Shown here in pieces: positions 24,988-28,046 of a stretch of DNA of 28,046 nt; position 1 is the first letter of the stretch, and each line of letters starts with the position of its first letter. The position numbers and the translations under genes are program-made. The notes under the pieces were generated by a model. That model ran no database searches. It saw only the letters and a list, made by a program, of their open reading frames with translations, and was not told the origin of the DNA. Origin of the DNA: a virus. Its lineage: Duplodnaviria > Caudoviricetes. The DNA lies in the IMG/VR virus record IMGVR_UViG_3300032305_000514, positions 1-28,046 of that record. One strand, 5' to 3'.

Positions 24988-25191
24988 ATGGCAGAAAAAG
25001 CAGAACTTGTCATATTAGCCTTGCAACAAAGAATTGGTGAGATTGTCTCAAACTATGAGACACAAATTGCTATTTTACGTGCAGACTACACAAAAGCTTT
25101 AGAGCAAATTGATAATACAAAAAGAGAAGCGGATGCTAAATTTGAAGCAGCAGAAGCCTATTCAGAAGAACTTGAATCATTAGGAGAGTAA
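24988..25191 (+). CDS. Small coiled-coil hypothetical protein
   Basis: 67 aa, heptad-like, acidic; SD AGGA. Confidence 0.75.
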   Translation: MAEKAELVILALQQRIGEIVSNYETQIAILRADYTKALEQIDNTKREADAKFEAAEAYSEELESLGE

Positions 25192-25623
25192 ATGGCTGAT
25201 TTTAATTTAACATTTGACGACAATGCGCCAATTGACGCAACTAAATTGAGGCAGCTTGTCTCTTATTTAAATGAAGTTAATACTAGGGCGTTGCAGATCC
25301 CAGACACACAGGGTCTAGTAAATTCAACTCTCTCTGCAAAGATGACATCGGGCACACAAAATGTGACCCCAGGAGATGTTGCTTTAAAAAAGCCAGTATT
25401 TAAATCAGTTCAATTTTCGCCAGCATTAACAAGCAATCCTTCTTCTGTTCAAGTAACAATTGAAAAAAATTCAGATGAAGGAGATTTTGTTTATCACATT
25501 AAAAATGTAGATAAAAATGGATTTGAGATTGTTTTTAACGCCGTGCAAGGTCAATCAAGCACAGCAGGCACAAAGATAGGTACTGTAAAGGTGCACTATT
25601 TTGCTATGGCTGGCTCCAACTAG
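25192..25623 (+). CDS. Short fibre/decoration-like protein with C-terminal H-type-lectin/gp53-like beta domain
   Basis: VQFSPALTSNPSSVQVT...IKNVDKNGFEIVF...VHYFAM fits the 'V.F...F...P.V.....T.TGF....V.W.A.G' pattern of fibre-tip domains; SD AGGAG. Confidence 0.55.
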   Translation: MADFNLTFDDNAPIDATKLRQLVSYLNEVNTRALQIPDTQGLVNSTLSAKMTSGTQNVTPGDVALKKPVFKSVQFSPALTSNPSSVQVTIEKNSDEGDFVYHIKNVDKNGFEIVFNAVQGQSSTAGTKIGTVKVHYFAMAGSN

Positions 25624-25627
25624 CCCC

Positions 25628-25655
25628 TTGACAAGCTAAGCTAATATGTTACAAT
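25628..25655 (+). promoter_or_regulatory. Sigma70-type promoter at the start of the replication module
   Basis: TTGACA (25628-25633), 16 bp, TACAAT (25650-25655) with TG extension. Confidence 0.65.
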
Positions 25656-25667
25656 TACTGTAACATC

Positions 25668-25692
25668 AAAGTCACGTACCCGTGACTTTTTT
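25668..25692 (+). terminator. Rho-independent terminator-like hairpin
   Basis: AAAGTCACG-tacc-CGTGACTTT with a 6-T run (25687-25692). Confidence 0.7.
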
Positions 25693-25709
25693 ACATATTA
25701 AGGTAGAAA

Positions 25710-26510
25710 ATGAGCAACGATTTAAAATGGATGCTTTCATCCGATCAGCAGTTCCCGTATCAAGATGATAAGATGATAGCCCTGTGGTTTAAGGTCATGA
25801 AATGGTTTAAGCCAGATGTTGTTGACTACCTAGGAGACACAGACGATCAAGCCTGTTATAGCAAGTATACAGAAGGAAGATCCGCAGAGTTTTTAAACTA
25901 TCATAAAAATGATAGCAAAGATCTTATTGTTCCAATGATGCGACATGAAGCAAAAGGAGCAAGAGATTTTTACGCAAAGACAAGAGAGATGCTTCCAGAT
26001 GCACAACTTTTTTCAGCGCTAGGAAACCACGACATACGAGTATTTAATTACGTAGACGCAAAGCTTCCTGACTATATTACCGAAGTTACACCAGAGGCAC
26101 TCTGGAGTCTAGACTCATTGGGATACGAGTATATTTATTATAATGAATTACCAAAGCGTCGCTTTGGAGATATTCATGTTCACCACGGACTTTCAGTTGC
26201 AGCAGGCGGTGCGGTAAGAAAAGATATGGAAGACCTGCAGGTTTCTCTTATTCGTGGGCACTCACATAGAATTGCTTCACATATGGTAACATATGAACTT
26301 AGAAACAGTGGCGAAGGAGAGACCCTTCGTGGCTATGAAATTGGACACATGTGTGATGAAAAGAGTGATGGAATGAAGTATAGCCAGCACCATGATTGGC
26401 AAAAGGGATTTGCTGTTGCCCATATTGTAAATGATTATCCTCATATTCAAATGATTCATATTGCACCAGACTACTCTTGCGTGGTTGATGGAAAGGTATT
26501 TACTTTATAA
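25710..26510 (+). CDS. Calcineurin-like metallophosphoesterase
   Basis: All five motifs in order: SDQQ (DxH variant), GDTDD, GNHD, HHG, GHSH. Confidence 0.88.
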   Translation: MSNDLKWMLSSDQQFPYQDDKMIALWFKVMKWFKPDVVDYLGDTDDQACYSKYTEGRSAEFLNYHKNDSKDLIVPMMRHEAKGARDFYAKTREMLPDAQLFSALGNHDIRVFNYVDAKLPDYITEVTPEALWSLDSLGYEYIYYNELPKRRFGDIHVHHGLSVAAGGAVRKDMEDLQVSLIRGHSHRIASHMVTYELRNSGEGETLRGYEIGHMCDEKSDGMKYSQHHDWQKGFAVAHIVNDYPHIQMIHIAPDYSCVVDGKVFTL

Positions 26511-26695
26511 TGTGGTGTGGAAAATGTGGCGGTAGAGTTTTTGTAGATAGAGTATTTTCACAAAAACTGCACGTAGAGCTGTTCTGCATTCTATGCGGGA
26601 AAAGAAATATGATTAACAAAGAGACGAGTGCTTTCGGGAAATGGTTAGACAAAAGAGAAACCAGAAACTCAAAAAACTACGGTATTTCTTCTTAA
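26510..26695 (+). CDS. Small Zn-ribbon protein
   Basis: CGKCGG...CILCG, two CxxC pairs in 61 aa; TAATG coupling. Confidence 0.78.
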   Translation: MWCGKCGGRVFVDRVFSQKLHVELFCILCGKRNMINKETSAFGKWLDKRETRNSKNYGISS

Positions 26696-27123
26696 ACGAT
26701 AAGATACATAAGGTGATTAAATCATCTAGATCTAAGGATGAGATAGTTGCTTGGTGTTACCCAGATAAAAAAAGAGTAATGTATTCTTATTCTCAAGTTG
26801 AAAAGTATATGGGTAAAGCTTACGCAATGAGGGACGTTTCTGCATTACTAAATAAGCATACGGTTACTTTGCACGATTATATTTTGGAGGGCAAGATAAA
26901 AGCTCCTCAAAAAATATATCCTATAGGGGATCCAGACAATAAGAATTGGTCTAAGTATATGTTTTGTGAGAAAGATATATTAGAGTTACATGAGTTTATA
27001 TTAGATTCAGGACACTCTGGAAATATACCTTCAAGAACAGAGCTTCTGGGTCTTCTCAAACATAACATTATATTGTATACTAAGACAGACAGCGGGTTCA
27101 TCCCCGTATGGAAGGCGGAGTAA
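26641..27123 (+). CDS. Putative DNA-binding protein with MerR/excisionase-like HTH
   Basis: AYAMRDVSALLNKHTVTLHDYILEGKIKAP...YMFCEKDILEL matches the winged-HTH pattern; basic N-terminus. Confidence 0.65.
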   Translation: MVRQKRNQKLKKLRYFFLNDKIHKVIKSSRSKDEIVAWCYPDKKRVMYSYSQVEKYMGKAYAMRDVSALLNKHTVTLHDYILEGKIKAPQKIYPIGDPDNKNWSKYMFCEKDILELHEFILDSGHSGNIPSRTELLGLLKHNIILYTKTDSGFIPVWKAE

Positions 27124-27260
27124 TGACATTCAATGCTCAGTATACCCTTGAAACGGGAGCAGCAAAGAAGCGTAAAAGAGAAGAAGAGGTTGCTTACTGG
27201 AACTCATTGAATGGTCCAGTGGTAATAAAGAATTCTAAAGGTGATGACGATGGCGAGTAG
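27123..27260 (+). CDS. Small hypothetical protein (45 aa; not in ORF track)
   Basis: MTFNAQYTLETGAAKKRKREEEVAYWNSLNGPVVIKNSKGDDDGE*; TAATG coupling with the upstream gene and GGAG just upstream; fills the gap exactly. Confidence 0.65.
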   Translation: MTFNAQYTLETGAAKKRKREEEVAYWNSLNGPVVIKNSKGDDDGE

Positions 27261-27360
27261 TCGTATTGTGATTTGCCCAATTTGTAATAAGGAATTAGAA
27301 GTTAGATCAGATTTTGCCCACATGACATTATCTAACCATACAAATAAGGAGCATAAGTGA
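27250..27360 (+). CDS. Small C2H2-type zinc-finger protein (36 aa; not in ORF track)
   Basis: MASSRIVICPICNKELEVRSDFAHMTLSNHTNKEHK*; C-x2-C-x17-H-x4-H; SD-like AAAGGTGA upstream; GTGA overlap with the next gene. Confidence 0.7.
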   Translation: MASSRIVICPICNKELEVRSDFAHMTLSNHTNKEHK

Positions 27361-27560
27361 CAACGAGAGTTAAGGTGGACCTATCGTTCACACGAAATCT
27401 AGGTAATTATGAAAGCATTAAGATTGGCGTAGGCGTTGAAGATGATCTTCGAGACGGAGAGAATGTAGATACAGCCACAGAGAGAGTCTATAAGTTTGTT
27501 GAAGATAAGCTTATTGAAAAGACTCGTGAGGTGGAAGAAGAATTAAAACGTGGCAAATGA
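27357..27560 (+). CDS. Hypothetical phage protein (GTG start)
   Basis: 67 aa with TRNLGNYESIKI, a motif I recall from small phage replication-region proteins; SD AAGGAG. Confidence 0.75.
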   Translation: MTTRVKVDLSFTRNLGNYESIKIGVGVEDDLRDGENVDTATERVYKFVEDKLIEKTREVEEELKRGK

Positions 27561-27867
27561 GAAAGAGCCATACGTTCTAATTGGGCTATACCTATCTTTA
27601 TACAAAGATAAGTATAACAAGTCGCTTACTGTAAACAAGTTTAGAGAGAAGTGGGCTATGAATGATGTTATAGAGAGTGTTGGATTCCAACGTGCTCAGG
27701 AGCTTTTGATATACTATTTTTCTACCAACAAGCAGGGGCACCCATTAAATTTCTTCTATAACAACTTTGACAGAATTGATGCATTAAATAAAGAAATTAA
27801 GAAAGACAAGTTTAACCGTAGCATTCTATTGAATGAGACTAAGAAGATGGTGGAGGGCGAAGAGTGA
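27550..27867 (+). CDS. Hypothetical protein upstream of the helicase (possible loader/initiator-related)
   Basis: 105-aa helical ORF coupled to the helicase start; the function is inferred from position only. Confidence 0.6.
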   Translation: MANEKEPYVLIGLYLSLYKDKYNKSLTVNKFREKWAMNDVIESVGFQRAQELLIYYFSTNKQGHPLNFFYNNFDRIDALNKEIKKDKFNRSILLNETKKMVEGEE

Positions 27868-28046
27868 ATACAGAAGCAACATTAATCTCTGCTGTGTGCA
27901 AGAACAAAGATATTAGCACACTACTGGCAGACAATGTAGATGAGCTTTTTACATCACATAGAGATATTTGGGAAAGCCTAAAGTCATACTACTATAAGTT
28001 TAAAGCAGTTCCTGAAGCAGGAGTTCTTATGGAACGCCACAAAGAC
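27864..28046 (+). CDS. DnaB-like replicative helicase, N-terminus (3' truncated; not in ORF track)
   Basis: GTG start overlaps the previous TGA, with SD GGAGG upstream. MNTEATLISAVCKNKDISTLLADNVDELFTSHRDIWESLKSYY... resembles the DnaB N-terminal 'E..LL......F....H+.I+..+' pattern. The ATPase domain is outside the window. Confidence 0.6.
   Translation, partial: MNTEATLISAVCKNKDISTLLADNVDELFTSHRDIWESLKSYYYKFKAVPEAGVLMERHKD

Noticed and set aside
18331-25623. Diversity-generating retroelement or invertible fibre cassette
   Set aside because: No reverse transcriptase, invertase or long near-identical nucleotide repeats were seen by eye. A template repeat elsewhere in the genome cannot be excluded.
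593-27101. Numerous minus-strand ORFs (60-159 aa) and short alternate-frame + ORFs (23905..24087, 23975..24178)
   Set aside because: They lie within or largely overlap well-supported + strand genes and lack recognisable motifs; they are consistent with antisense shadows of codon bias.

Overview
This window is the virion morphogenesis module, plus the start of the replication module, of a large tailed dsDNA phage (Caudoviricetes). The long tape measure, tail-tube gene and absence of a sheath gene indicate a siphovirus-type tail. All credible genes are on the + strand, densely packed and often translationally coupled. Gene order: scaffold C-terminus (partial), major capsid protein, Rho-N/HeH-domain protein, head-tail adaptor, stopper, neck, tail terminator, major tail protein, tail assembly chaperone with a -1 frameshift, 2182-aa tape measure protein, Dit-like protein, a hub/Tal function apparently split over two ORFs, collar/fibre proteins, two large FN3/Ig/PKD-rich fibres, small paralogous ORFs, then a metallophosphoesterase, small Zn-finger and HTH proteins and the N-terminus of a DnaB-like helicase. 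The organisation reminds me of large actinobacterial siphoviruses and low-GC freshwater actinophages; this is inference, with no search run. The most notable observations are (1) a repeat-bounded globular cargo segment inside the tape measure protein, delimited by x-A-x-G-G motifs; (2) a recurring ET-hydrophobic-x-K|A/S motif shared by scaffold and capsid N-terminus, a candidate maturation cleavage signal; (3) the split hub; (4) palindromes overlapping sigma70-type promoters; and (5) small ORFs missed by the ORF track, including a C2H2 zinc finger. No tRNA, CRISPR, integrase, reverse transcriptase or recognisable lysis gene was seen.
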